From contig DASUQI010000010.1 in assembly GCA_036280655.1 (NCBI GenBank), forward strand, positions 13,104 to 77,103: a DNA stretch of 64,000 nucleotides. Direction: 5' to 3'. Below, piece by piece: positions 44,823 through 56,245 of this stretch. Position numbers and translations under genes: made by a program. The notes under the pieces are model-generated. The model was given only the letters and a program-made list of their open reading frames with translations, had not been told where the DNA came from and did no database searches. This DNA is from Actinomycetota bacterium (GTDB taxonomy: Bacteria > Actinomycetota > UBA4738 > HRBIN12). How positions within the stretch are numbered: position 1 is the first letter of the stretch; each line of letters begins with the position of its first letter.

Positions 44823-45523
44823 GACAGGTCCAGCCGCCGGAACGACTCGGCGTGCCGAACGCCGATCCTGCTCCCCGCCTCCTCGGCCTCCTTCGGGATC
44901 CACTCCTCGAAGTAGCCGAGCATCCCGCCCGCCACCTGGCTCTCGTGCTTGGCGAGCGCGGCGAGCTTGGTCTCGAGGTGTCCGGTTACGTCCTCGAGGT
45001 GGTTCGGCTCGTTCGTGAGCCCGAGCCACAGGTCGGTGACCTGGTGCGCCTGGAGACCCTGGACGAGGTGCTCGGGGAAGAAGTGCGGGTTGCCGGCGCC
45101 GGGGAAGATCGAGTCGACCGCGATCTCACCCGCGGTGCGATGGTCGGCGTGGTTCACGTAGCGGTCGTCGAGGAACCACGCGGTCGGGTCGCAGGAGACC
45201 AGCGTCGAGGGGCGGAGCTCGCGGATCGCGCTCACGACGTCGCGGCGAATCTGGGGGCTGTTCTCGAGCTCGCCGTCGCGCACACCGAGGACCCTCGTCT
45301 CCCGGACGCCGAGCACCTCGGCGGCGGCGATGGTCTCGCGCTCGCGCGTTTCCGCGAGCTCCGCCGGGTCGACCGAGGCGTCGCTCGACCCACGGTCGCC
45401 GTTCGTCAGGACGAGCAGGTGCACCGTGCGCCCGGCCGCGCACCACTTCGCGATCGTGCCGCCGGCCGTGATCTCGGCGTCGTCCGGATGCGCGAAGACC
45501 GCGAGGACCGGGCCGTCGCTCAC
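44819..45523 (-). CDS. PIG-L family (LmbE-like) deacetylase, paralog 2
   Basis: VFAHPDDAEITAGG; 234 aa; same family as 2048..2752. Confidence 0.8.
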   Translation of the reverse strand: MSDGPVLAVFAHPDDAEITAGGTIAKWCAAGRTVHLLVLTNGDRGSSDASVDPAELAETRERETIAAAEVLGVRETRVLGVRDGELENSPQIRRDVVSAIRELRPSTLVSCDPTAWFLDDRYVNHADHRTAGEIAVDSIFPGAGNPHFFPEHLVQGLQAHQVTDLWLGLTNEPNHLEDVTGHLETKLAALAKHESQVAGGMLGYFEEWIPKEAEEAGSRIGVRHAESFRRLDLS

Positions 45524-45539
45524 GGTCGGCGCCGGATCC

Positions 45540-47048
<1,509 letters not shown>

Positions 47049-47127
47049 CGGGGACTCCTTGTCTCGGGGCCGAAGCCGAAGTCTATCGGCGGCCGGCAGG
47101 TGACGCCCGGGCGATAGGCTTCGCGCC

Positions 47128-47466
47128 GTGGACGCCCGAGACCTTCGCGACCTCGTCCGCTTCGACGAGGACGGCCCGCATCACGAGGACCTGTTCGAGT
47201 CCGACCACCTGTGGTCCGAGGTCGTGTGCCTCGATCGCAACCAGAGCGTCGGGACGATCCACGACAAGGACTCGGACGCGCTCGTCCTCGTCGTGACCGG
47301 CCGCGTCGTCGCCCAGGTCAACCGCGGGCGCAAGCGGCTCGAGCAGTGGGAGGCGGCGCTCGTGCCCGCCGGATCCGACCTCTCGATCACGAACGCCACC
47401 GAGGACCCCTCGGTCGTGCTGCTGGTCGCGGCGCCCCCGCCGGTCAGTCGCGCGGTCGGCGAGTAG
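47128..47466 (+). CDS. Cupin-domain protein (small)
   Basis: 112 aa, balanced composition. GTG start 8 nt after a TAGGCT hexamer. Its 3' end overlaps the convergent transporter gene by about 20 nt. Confidence 0.45.
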   Translation: MDARDLRDLVRFDEDGPHHEDLFESDHLWSEVVCLDRNQSVGTIHDKDSDALVLVVTGRVVAQVNRGRKRLEQWEAALVPAGSDLSITNATEDPSVVLLVAAPPPVSRAVGE

Positions 47467-48832
47467 CCGCCCGCGAGAGCAGCGCCGCCACGCCGAACGC
47501 GACGAGGAAGCTCGGGATGCTCGCGCCGAGTCGCGAGTCGAACAGCGGGAACGGCAGGCCGAGCGCCCCGAACGCGTCGCCGAGCACATCTACCCAGCCG
47601 TCGGGTCCCGTCGGCACGCTCCACTGGTAGACGACAAAGCCGAGTACCCACGGCACGAACGCGGGCCACCGCACCCCGCTCCGCTCGAACAGCGCGGCCT
47701 CCCCGTAGCGGCCGCGGCAGCGCACGAAGTAGTCGGCGAGTAGGACCGCGGCGAGCGGCACGAACACCGACCCGATCAGGAACAGGAACGTCTCGTAGCG
47801 CTCGACCGTGAAGGCGAGCGCGAGGATGAGGCCGACCGTGCCCACGATCAGGATCAGCGGCGCCTGGCGCGCCTTGGGCGCGACGTTCCGCGCCGAGACC
47901 GCGGCCGAGTAGATGTCGGCGAACGCGTTGTCGCTCTCGCCGACGAGGAGCGCGAGCAGCACGATCCCGCCCCCGGCGAGGAACACGATCCCGCCGCCGA
48001 TCCCCACGGCGTCCGCGCCCACCCCGGTCACGAGCACGAGCAGTGCGCCGAGCGCGTAGAACCACGCGTTGCCGACCGCGTAGCCGGCGTACGTCCCGAT
48101 CGCGGCCCGCGAGCCCGGCCGCGCGAACCGGCTATAGTCGGCGGCGAGCGGCAGCCACGAGATCGGCATCACGATCACGAGGTCGACGGCGAGCCAGAAC
48201 GGCAGACCGCCCGCGGCCGGCGTCTCCCAGATCGCCCACCCACTCCCGGCCCGCAGCACGTCGACCGTGATCCACACGGCCGCGCCGAGCAACACGTAGA
48301 TCCCGAACCGCTGGAGCCAGCGTCGAACGACGAAGACCGGCCCGCCGAGCGCGAGCGCGGTGCACACGACGGCGACGACGACGATCCAGAACGCGCGGGA
48401 CCCGAACCCGAACAGGCGCTCCGACGCGACGCTCGCGACCTCGCCCATCGCCCAGAACTCGACCGCCGTCCACCCGACGAGCTGCACGACGTTGATCACC
48501 GACGGGACGAACGAGCCACGCTCCCCCAGGACCGGCCGGAGCAAGACCATCGTCGGCACGCCCTCGCGCTGGCCGGCGAGCGCGACGAGCGCGAGCGGGA
48601 CGCACCCGATCAGCGACCCCACCGCGATCGCGAGCAGCGCCTGCGGCGGCCCGAGCGCGGGCACGAGCAGCGCGCCGGTCACCATCACGAGCAGGCCGAT
48701 CGATAGGTCGAACCACAGGATCGCCGCGTCGAGGCCGCCGAGTCGCCGTTCTGCGACGGGGATCGGGCGGAGGCCGGGCGCGGCGTCCTCGCGCCCGAGG
48801 ATCCGCTCGATGCGTTGCGTGACGCTCGCCAC
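47444..48832 (-). CDS. NCS1-family nucleobase/cytosine/allantoin:cation symporter
   Basis: 12-TM permease with NCS1/CodB-like blocks (WFDLSIGLLVMVTGALLVP ... NAFADIYSAAVS). Confidence 0.8.
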   Translation of the reverse strand: MASVTQRIERILGREDAAPGLRPIPVAERRLGGLDAAILWFDLSIGLLVMVTGALLVPALGPPQALLAIAVGSLIGCVPLALVALAGQREGVPTMVLLRPVLGERGSFVPSVINVVQLVGWTAVEFWAMGEVASVASERLFGFGSRAFWIVVVAVVCTALALGGPVFVVRRWLQRFGIYVLLGAAVWITVDVLRAGSGWAIWETPAAGGLPFWLAVDLVIVMPISWLPLAADYSRFARPGSRAAIGTYAGYAVGNAWFYALGALLVLVTGVGADAVGIGGGIVFLAGGGIVLLALLVGESDNAFADIYSAAVSARNVAPKARQAPLILIVGTVGLILALAFTVERYETFLFLIGSVFVPLAAVLLADYFVRCRGRYGEAALFERSGVRWPAFVPWVLGFVVYQWSVPTGPDGWVDVLGDAFGALGLPFPLFDSRLGASIPSFLVAFGVAALLSRAATRRPRD

Positions 48833-48840
48833 GGGTGCTC

Positions 48841-48888
48841 CCTCCGCCGGTCTGAACCGGTTCAGGTTCCAAGGGTCGCCGGCGGAGG
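48841..48888. promoter_or_regulatory. Nested inverted repeat / stem-loop in 5' region of NCS1 transporter gene
   Basis: Outer 10-bp arms cctccgccgg / ccggcggagg (48841-48850 / 48879-48888) enclose a perfect 14-bp palindrome ctgaaccggttcag (48852-48865), about 10-50 nt upstream of the transporter start (48832, minus strand). Confidence 0.4.
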
Positions 48889-48968
48889 ATCGTGTCAGCC
48901 GGCCTCTCAGCCCGTGCCCCGGACTCCCCTGCTTCGGGTCCGATGGTACCGCCCGCTACGATGCCCGG

Positions 48969-49484
48969 ATGACGACACGCGACGAGGCGATCCGGCTCCT
49001 GGAAGACCAGCACGCGGAGGTCGCGGCACTGCTCGCCGAGCTCGACACTTCAGCCTTCGAGCGGCGCGGCACGATCGGCGGCGGCGAGTGGTCGGCGAAG
49101 GACCTCGCCGCGCATCTCGGCGCGTGGGAGGGGTTCGTGCTCGAGGTGCTCGAGGCGTTCGGCCGCGGCGAGCGACCCGCGTTCGAGGACGAGTTCCTCG
49201 AGCCGGGGGCGACCGACCGGCTCAACGCCCGCGAGGAGCGACGGTTCCTCGACGCCCCGGCCGACGAGGTCCTGGCGAGGTTCGAGGACCTGCACCGCAG
49301 CGTGGTCGGCGTGATCGGGTCGATGTCCGACGACGGATGGGCGGCCGCATACCCGTACGACCCGGACGACGCGACGATCGGCGACCGGGTGGGCTCGCTC
49401 CTCGGCTCGGACGACGGCCGGTTCCGCCACGCGTCGGCGCACCTGCCCGACCTCCGCGACTACGTCGGCTCGATCAGCCGCTGA
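48969..49484 (+). CDS. DinB/ClbS-like four-helix-bundle protein (DUF1706-like)
   Basis: GEWSAKDLAAHLGAWEGFVLEVLEAF - a DinB_2/ClbS-type metal-binding helix pair. 171 aa. Confidence 0.55.
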   Translation: MTTRDEAIRLLEDQHAEVAALLAELDTSAFERRGTIGGGEWSAKDLAAHLGAWEGFVLEVLEAFGRGERPAFEDEFLEPGATDRLNAREERRFLDAPADEVLARFEDLHRSVVGVIGSMSDDGWAAAYPYDPDDATIGDRVGSLLGSDDGRFRHASAHLPDLRDYVGSISR

Positions 49485-49897
49485 AGGTTCGCGAGCCCCG
49501 AGCGCATCAGCCGCTTCATGAACGGCCGGTAGACCCAGAGCGCGAGCTCACCGAGGAGCGGGATCGGCATCGACAGCTCCTCCGTCCAGGTGAAGCGCGT
49601 GCCCGCCGCCTCGGGCTCGAACCACCACGTGCCGACGCCGCGGACGAACCCGCGATGGGTCATCTCGAGCCGGCGCGGCGGGTCCCACGCCGTCACCTCG
49701 AGCTGCTCGGTGAACGTCGAGACGCCGAGGACACGGTTGCGAACCTCGATCCGAGCGCCCACGCCTTCGCGTTCGGGCGTGACGACCCGGACCCAGACCG
49801 CGTCGCGGATCCACTCCGGCTGCTCCTCCCATCGGATCGCGAACGCCCATGCGGCGCCGGCCGGCACGGGGAGCGCGACCGACGCCTCGACCTGCAC
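49460..49897 (-). CDS. SRPBCC (polyketide cyclase/dehydrase-like) protein, second copy
   Basis: 145 aa, Bet v1-like pattern (WEEQPEWIRDAVWVRVV...). Confidence 0.7.
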   Translation of the reverse strand: MQVEASVALPVPAGAAWAFAIRWEEQPEWIRDAVWVRVVTPEREGVGARIEVRNRVLGVSTFTEQLEVTAWDPPRRLEMTHRGFVRGVGTWWFEPEAAGTRFTWTEELSMPIPLLGELALWVYRPFMKRLMRSGLANLQRLIEPT

Positions 49898-49920
49898 GGG
49901 TCAGGACCCGGACGGCATGG

Positions 49921-51147
49921 CTACAGGCCGGACCCATCGCCGCGCAGCGCACGACGCGACGGCAACGTCTCGCGGATCGAGACCACGAGACCGAGCGCGA
50001 CCACGGCGGGGATCGCGTTGACGAGGAACGCGCCGGTGAACCCGAACGCGTTCGCGGACCATCCGGCCACGAGCGGACCGATCACGAACCCCAGGTCGCC
50101 AGAGAACCGGAACACGGCGACCGCCGTCCCCTTCAGCTCCTGCGGCGTGACGTCCGAGAGCATCGGCGCGGGGGGGACACCCGCGTAGCCGCTCGCGACC
50201 CCGAGCAACCCCATCGCGATCATGAACATGAGCGGCGTCGAGGCGAGGCCGAACACCGCCGTGATCGCGGCCAGTCCCGCGAGCGCGGGGATCAGCACGG
50301 CGCGTCGGCCGCGGTGGTCGGTCGCATGGCCCGCCGGGTACAGCGTGACGAGCTCGGTCGCCGTCGCGATCGCGAGGCCGAGACCGACGCCGCCGAGCGT
50401 GAGCATGAGGTTCGGGTCCTCGGTCCCGAACAGCGGCACCAGCGTCTGGAAGAGCGCGCCGATCATCCACAGGTAGACGAGGTTCACGAACAGGACCGTC
50501 ACGAGCGGCCGGCCCCACGGGAGCCGCCGCAGACCGCCCTTGCGGACCTCGTGCTCGTGGCGCGGCGGGTCGTGGAGCGTCCGCCAGAACAGGAGGGCGG
50601 CGACGAAGCACGCCCCCGCGTAGACGTACAGCGGAGTCTCGAGCTCGAACGCGTTCGCGATCACCCCACCGAGCGGCCCGCCGGCGATGAAGCCGAGGTT
50701 GAACGACGCGTAGAACACGCTCATCGCCCGCCCCGAGTTCTCCGGCGGGATCGTACGGAGCAGGAACGAGAGCAGGGCGGCGAAGAACAGGGCCGACCCG
50801 ATCCCGCCGAGCGCGCGGAACAGGACGAGCAGCGGGAAGGTCGGCGCCATCGCCGCCGCCACGGACGAGACGCCCACCCACACCGACCCGAGCACCGTCA
50901 TCGCGCGCTCGCCGTAGCGATCGATGAACTTGCCGACGAACGGGTCGGCGACGAGCCGCGCGAACGAGAACGCGGAGATCAGCAGGCCGACGGCGTCGTA
51001 GCCGACGCCGAAGCTGCGCGCGTAGTTGGGCAGGACCGGGGCGAGGATGCCGAACCCCAGCATGACCACGAAGGTCCCGAGCATGGCGGCCCGGATCTCG
51101 GGAAGCCGGAGGATGCCCCGGATCCCCAACTCCTCCGTCTTCGCCAC
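49921..51147 (-). CDS. MFS transporter
   Basis: 12 TM and an MFS motif A-like loop (GKFIDRYGERAM). Start is uncertain: GTG 51145-51147 avoids overlap with hutI; ATG 51229-51231 (MKVQRAM) is the alternative. Confidence 0.7.
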   Translation of the reverse strand: MAKTEELGIRGILRLPEIRAAMLGTFVVMLGFGILAPVLPNYARSFGVGYDAVGLLISAFSFARLVADPFVGKFIDRYGERAMTVLGSVWVGVSSVAAAMAPTFPLLVLFRALGGIGSALFFAALLSFLLRTIPPENSGRAMSVFYASFNLGFIAGGPLGGVIANAFELETPLYVYAGACFVAALLFWRTLHDPPRHEHEVRKGGLRRLPWGRPLVTVLFVNLVYLWMIGALFQTLVPLFGTEDPNLMLTLGGVGLGLAIATATELVTLYPAGHATDHRGRRAVLIPALAGLAAITAVFGLASTPLMFMIAMGLLGVASGYAGVPPAPMLSDVTPQELKGTAVAVFRFSGDLGFVIGPLVAGWSANAFGFTGAFLVNAIPAVVALGLVVSIRETLPSRRALRGDGSGL

Positions 51148-51207
51148 GGCGGTCAGTCTACGGACCGTCGCCGATGGTCCCGTCGAGTGGCCGGCTTCGC
51201 GGTTGCG

Positions 51208-52461
51208 ATGCATCGCTCGCTGCACTTTCATGACGCCGTGCCCGATCCGACGAGCGGCGCCGTCGCCGCGACGAGCCTCATCACACCGGGCTCGGACGTC
51301 GTGCGCGGCGACGGGCGGTGGCCTCGCGAGGAGGTCGAGCAGGCCGTCGCATGGGAGGACGGCGTCATCACGTACGTGGGACCGGCCGACGGGCTCACGA
51401 GCGTCGATTCCGAGTGGTTCGAGGGCTGCACGATCGCGCCGGGGTTCGTCGACTGCCACACGCACCTGCCGTTCGTCGGGTGGCGCGCGGACGAGTTCGA
51501 GGCGCGCCTGTCCGGCGCGACGTACCGGGACCTCCATGGCGAGGGCGGCATCGGCCGGAGCGCCCGGCTGTTCGCCGAGGCGAGCGACGACGAGGTGCTC
51601 GCGTTCTGCCGGCCGCTCGTGCGGGAGATGGCGGATCTCGGGACGACGACGCTCGAGCTCAAGACCGGGTATGGCCTGTCCGTCGAGGGCGAGCTGCGGC
51701 AGGCACGGCTCGCCCGGCGGCTCGCCGAGGAGGCGCCGCAGACGTGCGTCGTGACGCTGCTCGCGTGCCACGCGGTGCCGAAGGGCATGGATCGCCGGGA
51801 TTGGGTCCGCGCCGCCTGCGACGAGCTGATCCCGGCCGCGGTCTCGGAGGCCCTCGTCGATGGCGTCGACGTCTACGTCGAGGACATCGCGTTCACGCTC
51901 GAGGACCTGACCGAGGTCGCCCGCAGCGCTGCGGAGCACGGGCTGCCGATCCGGTGCCACGCCGACCAGCTCGGAGCGTCGGGGGCGGCGGAGGCGGCGG
52001 TCGCGCTCGGCGCCCGGAGCGCCGACCACCTCAACCACGTCTCAGAGAGGGGGATCGCGGCACTCGGCGGCGCGCCGGGGACGGTGGCGGTGCTCCTGCC
52101 CACCTCGACCCTGTTCCTGCGGGCCTCGCCGCCCGACGCCCGGGGGCTCATCGAGGCGGGCGCGACGGTCGCATTCGCCACGGACTGCAACCCCGGGACG
52201 TCGCCGATCGTCTCCGTTCCCGAGGTGATCGCGATCGGGTGCTCGATGTACGGGCTCACGCCGGCCGAGGCGCTCGCGGCAACCACGGTGAACGCCGCGG
52301 CGGCGCTCGGCCTCGCCGGGAACCGGGGTACGCTTTCGGTGGGCGCGCCCGCCGACCTGTTGATCCTCGACGCGGACGCCTTCCGGCAGGTGCCGTACCG
52401 GCCGGGACACGGCCCGGTGCTGCGCACGTTCGCGAACGGGGAAAGGGTGGGAGGTCGGTGA
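51208..52461 (+). CDS. hutI: Imidazolonepropionase
   Basis: Amidohydrolase fold with HutI blocks (GFVDCHTHLPF, RCHADQLGASGAAE, ATDCNPGTSP). The start could be a few codons either side of ATG 51208. Confidence 0.85.
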   Translation: MHRSLHFHDAVPDPTSGAVAATSLITPGSDVVRGDGRWPREEVEQAVAWEDGVITYVGPADGLTSVDSEWFEGCTIAPGFVDCHTHLPFVGWRADEFEARLSGATYRDLHGEGGIGRSARLFAEASDDEVLAFCRPLVREMADLGTTTLELKTGYGLSVEGELRQARLARRLAEEAPQTCVVTLLACHAVPKGMDRRDWVRAACDELIPAAVSEALVDGVDVYVEDIAFTLEDLTEVARSAAEHGLPIRCHADQLGASGAAEAAVALGARSADHLNHVSERGIAALGGAPGTVAVLLPTSTLFLRASPPDARGLIEAGATVAFATDCNPGTSPIVSVPEVIAIGCSMYGLTPAEALAATTVNAAAALGLAGNRGTLSVGAPADLLILDADAFRQVPYRPGHGPVLRTFANGERVGGR

Positions 52462-53618
52462 GGAAGGCGTCGCCGCTCGTGCTGGCCGCGGCGCTGTTCG
52501 GCGCGCTCGCGCCGGCGACGGCTGCGGCGCAGACCGGCCCGAGCCTCACGCTCGCGGCCTCAGACGGCTCCATCAGGTTCGGCGAACAGGTGGTGCTGTC
52601 CGGCTCGCTCTCGCACGCGAGCGGCGGCGAGGCGATCGAGATCCTCGACGGCTCGGCGGCCGTCGTCGCGACCGTCACCGCGGCGCCGAACGGGTCGTTC
52701 GAGGCGACGATCGAACCCGACGGGACCGGCGACTACGTGGCGGCGTTCGGGGGCGCCCAGAGCGAGCCGGTGACCGTTCGCGTCCGGGCGGTCGTCTCGG
52801 TCCGGATGTCGAACGTGCGGCTGTTCGACGTGGTGAAGGTCCGAGGCGACGTCCAGCCCGCACGGCCGGGAGAGCGGGTCGAGGTGAGGCTCGTGCTCGG
52901 CGACCGCGTGATCGACGCGAAGGGCGCGGCGATGGGCGCGGCGGGCGGGTTCTCCGTCCAGTTCGAGGTCCCGAAGCCGGGACGGTATCGGGCGAAGGCC
53001 TCGTTCGAGAGCGAGGACCTGCGTCGCGGGAGCGACACCTCGCGGTCGGACGTCACACCGCTCCCCTCGCTGAACTCGGGAGACCGGGGAACCTTCGTCC
53101 GCCTGCTCGAGTCGCGGCTCGTCGAGCTCGACTACCGGCTTGCGGGTGCGACGGACGGGAGCTATGACTTCCGCACCGCGGACGCCGTCGTCGCGTTCCA
53201 CAAGGTCCAGGGGATGGCTCGATCGTTCGCCGTCTCTTCGGCGACCTGGCGTCGCCTCGCCGAGCCACGCCGGCCGCAGCCGAGGAGGACCTGGGAGGGA
53301 TTCCACGTCGAGGTCGACCAGACGCGGCAGGTGCTCTACCTGGTTCGGGACGGCGAGATCGACGACGTCCTACACGTCTCGACGGGGGCGAACGGCGCGA
53401 CCCGCGACGGCTCGTTCCGCGTGCACCGCAAGCTCGCGGGGTTCAGCCCGAACCACCTGTACTACCCGAGCTACTTCGACGGGCTGCGCGCGCTCCACGG
53501 CTGGACCGAGGTGCCGACGTACCCGGCGAGCCACGGCTGCGTCCGGATCCCGTACTGGAACGCGAGGTGGATCTACGCGCGCGTCGACTACGGGGACCGC
53601 GTCGTCGTCTACCACTGA
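52458..53618 (+). CDS. L,D-transpeptidase (YkuD domain) with N-terminal Ig-like domains, secreted
   Basis: Signal peptide (LVLAAALFGALAPATAAAQ). Catalytic HGWTEVPTYPASHGCVRIP. The GTG start overlaps the hutI TGA (GTGA). Confidence 0.75.
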   Translation: MRKASPLVLAAALFGALAPATAAAQTGPSLTLAASDGSIRFGEQVVLSGSLSHASGGEAIEILDGSAAVVATVTAAPNGSFEATIEPDGTGDYVAAFGGAQSEPVTVRVRAVVSVRMSNVRLFDVVKVRGDVQPARPGERVEVRLVLGDRVIDAKGAAMGAAGGFSVQFEVPKPGRYRAKASFESEDLRRGSDTSRSDVTPLPSLNSGDRGTFVRLLESRLVELDYRLAGATDGSYDFRTADAVVAFHKVQGMARSFAVSSATWRRLAEPRRPQPRRTWEGFHVEVDQTRQVLYLVRDGEIDDVLHVSTGANGATRDGSFRVHRKLAGFSPNHLYYPSYFDGLRALHGWTEVPTYPASHGCVRIPYWNARWIYARVDYGDRVVVYH

Positions 53619-53638
53619 CGCCGAACGGCACGGGGTCG

Positions 53639-53989
53639 CTACATCGACTCGTAGGGCGTGAACAGCGCCGGGACGTCGTTCTCGGCGAGCTTCGCTCGCA
53701 GCTCTGCGCTCGGCTCACCGAGGATCTCGCCGTGCACCACCGTGACCGTCGCGAGGACCGCCTCGGACAGGTCGGCGAGATTCGCGGCGTGCTCGATGGC
53801 CGCCTCGGAGTCCCGGTACCGCTCGATGATGACGCATTCGGTCCGGTCGTCGTTCATGTAGGTGTCGTACTGCAGGGTTCCGGGCTCCTTGGCCCGCACG
53901 ATCTCCATCGCCTGAGCGGACAAGCGCTCGAACTCGTCGCGCTTGCCTTCGAGGAACCTGAATCGAGCGATACCCACGAGCTCACCCAC
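53639..53989 (-). CDS. Antibiotic-biosynthesis-monooxygenase (ABM) family protein
   Basis: 116 aa with a ferredoxin-like ABM pattern (IARFRFLEGKRDEFERL...TECVIIERYRDSEAAIEH). Confidence 0.7.
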   Translation of the reverse strand: MGELVGIARFRFLEGKRDEFERLSAQAMEIVRAKEPGTLQYDTYMNDDRTECVIIERYRDSEAAIEHAANLADLSEAVLATVTVVHGEILGEPSAELRAKLAENDVPALFTPYESM

Positions 53990-54077
53990 GGCTCACCCCC
54001 TGACGTCTCGGCCTCTCATCCCTGCGCGTTACCCCGGCCCGGTCGCCTCGATGCAGCGTGATCCGCGGAGAGAGCAC

Positions 54078-55604
54078 CTAGCCGAGCGACCCGGTCGTTC
54101 CCTCGACGGCCGCGAGGATCGCCCCGGTCCGAACGAGATCCACGGCCCGGTCGATGTCCGGCCCGAGCTCCCGGTCCTCGTCGAGGAACCTCACACGTTG
54201 GCGGACCGCGTCACGAGCCGCCTTCGTCGCCGCCGCCGGCTCGAGCGGCAACCGGAGATCGAGCGCCTGTGTTGCGACGAGCGCCTCGAGCGCGATCACG
54301 ACCTCGGCGTTCGCGACCACCTCCCGAGCGTGGCGCGCCGCCGTCATCCCCATGCTCACGTGGTCCTCCTGCCCGGCGCTCGAGCCGATCGAGTCGACGG
54401 ATGCGGGGTGCGCGAGCGTCTTGCATTCGGACACGAGCGACGCCGCCGTGTACTGCACGAGCATGAACCCGGAGTTCAGCCCGCTCTCCTCGACGAGGAA
54501 CGCCGGCAGCCCGTTGTTCCTGGCCGGGTCGAGCAGCCGGTAGAGGCGTCGTTCGGCGATGCTCGCGAGCGGGACGAGCGCGGCCGCGAGCGCGTCGAGC
54601 GCCACCGCGACCGGCTGCCCGTGGAAGTTCCCACCCGAGAGGACCTCGTCGTCGTCCGCGAAGACGATCGGGTTGTCCGAGACCGCGTTCGACTCCACCT
54701 CGAGGACGCCGCGCGCGAACCGCAGGACCTCGCGGGTCGCGCCGTTCACCTGCGGCGAGCACCGGAGCGAGTACGCGTCTTGTACGAGGTGCTCGCTCTC
54801 GCGATGCGACGCGACGATCGGGCTGCCGGCGAGCAGCCGGCGGAGGTTCACGGCCGACGCGACCACGCCGGGATGCGGTCGGAGCGACGTGAGCCGCTCG
54901 TCGAACACGGCGTCCGACCCCAGCGCCGCCTCGACGCTCATCGCGGCCGTCACGTCGGCGGTCCGCACGAGCCGTTCGGCACGGTCGGCGGCGAGGATCC
55001 CGACGGCGAGCATCCCCTGGGTCCCGTTCACGAGCGCGAGCCCCTCCTTGGCACCGAGCTCGACCGGCTCGAGGCCGGCGTTCGCGAGCGCGTCGGCGGC
55101 CGGGACGGGCTCGCCGTCGACAAGCAGCTCTCCCGCGCCGAGGAGCGGGAGCGCGAGGTTCGCGAGCGGCGCGAGGTCGCCGGAGGCGCCGAGCGATCCC
55201 TGCTCGGGCACGACCGGGACGAGGTCGCGGTTCAGCATCTCGACCATGCGCTCGACGATCAGCTCGCGCACGCCCGAGTGCCCAAGCGCGAGCACGTGCG
55301 CGCGGAGCAGCAGCATCGCGCGCGCCTCTTCCTTCGAAAGGGGGCGGCCGACCGCGGTCGCGTGCGATCGCACGATCCCGGCCTGGAGCACGTCGGCCTG
55401 GTGCGGCTCGATGCGAACGTTCGCGAGCGACCCGAACCCCGTCGTCACGCCGTAGACGGTCGCGTAGGACGCGACGGCGCGTTCGACGACGTCGCGGGCG
55501 GCCGAGATCCGATCCCTCGCGCTCGACGGGAGTTCGACATCGGCGCCGCGAGCGACCGCCACGACGTCCTCGAGCGTGAGGGGCTCCCCCACCCGGACCG
55601 GCAC
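54078..55604 (-). CDS. hutH: Histidine ammonia-lyase
   Basis: MIO-forming GSLGASGDL (Ala-Ser-Gly) motif; 508 aa. Confidence 0.9.
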   Translation of the reverse strand: MPVRVGEPLTLEDVVAVARGADVELPSSARDRISAARDVVERAVASYATVYGVTTGFGSLANVRIEPHQADVLQAGIVRSHATAVGRPLSKEEARAMLLLRAHVLALGHSGVRELIVERMVEMLNRDLVPVVPEQGSLGASGDLAPLANLALPLLGAGELLVDGEPVPAADALANAGLEPVELGAKEGLALVNGTQGMLAVGILAADRAERLVRTADVTAAMSVEAALGSDAVFDERLTSLRPHPGVVASAVNLRRLLAGSPIVASHRESEHLVQDAYSLRCSPQVNGATREVLRFARGVLEVESNAVSDNPIVFADDDEVLSGGNFHGQPVAVALDALAAALVPLASIAERRLYRLLDPARNNGLPAFLVEESGLNSGFMLVQYTAASLVSECKTLAHPASVDSIGSSAGQEDHVSMGMTAARHAREVVANAEVVIALEALVATQALDLRLPLEPAAATKAARDAVRQRVRFLDEDRELGPDIDRAVDLVRTGAILAAVEGTTGSLG

Positions 55605-55668
55605 GGCGCAAGGCTACGGAGCGCGTCTCCCCCCGGCAAACCACGCCGGAGGGCTACGCTGGCCGGGC

Positions 55669-56244
55669 ATGTCGAACCCGTGGGAGCACCTCGACCCGGA
55701 GCCGAGGCCCGAAGGCGAGCGGGCCTCCGAGGACGAGCCCGGCGGCGAACCCGAAGACGCCCCGAGCCCCGCCCCGGGTTGGTCGCCCAAGCCGCGGACG
55801 CAGCGTCCAGCGCCGGCGAAGCGTCGCGGCGAACCGGGCGCGACGAAGGCCTTCCTTCGCGGCGCGACGAAGCGGTGCCCGCGCTGCGGGGCCGGAGGCC
55901 TGTTCTCGAGCTGGTTCAGGATCCGCGAGAAGTGCTCCCGCTGCGGACTGCGGCTCGAACGCGAGGAGGGCGGCTTCCTCGGCGCGATCACGCTGAACTA
56001 CATCGCAACGGCGGTCGCCTGGGTCGCGCTGCTCGTGATCTGGCTGATCGTCGACCTGCCCGACCTGCACGTCGCGGCGCTCACGATCGCCTCGCTGGCC
56101 GTCGCGGTGCTCGTGCCGCTGCTCTTCTGGCCCTTCTCGAAGACGATCTGGTCCGCCGTCGACTACCTGATCTACCGGACGAGCCCCGACTACGGCTCAC
56201 GGGAGGCCGCCGACCGCGCGAGCGGCAACGGCGGCCGTCACTGA
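55669..56244 (+). CDS. DUF983-like zinc-ribbon membrane protein
   Basis: CPRCGAGGLFSSWFRIREKCSRCG zinc ribbon followed by two TM helices. Convergent with hutU. Confidence 0.55.
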   Translation: MSNPWEHLDPEPRPEGERASEDEPGGEPEDAPSPAPGWSPKPRTQRPAPAKRRGEPGATKAFLRGATKRCPRCGAGGLFSSWFRIREKCSRCGLRLEREEGGFLGAITLNYIATAVAWVALLVIWLIVDLPDLHVAALTIASLAVAVLVPLLFWPFSKTIWSAVDYLIYRTSPDYGSREAADRASGNGGRH

Positions 56245-56245
56245 G

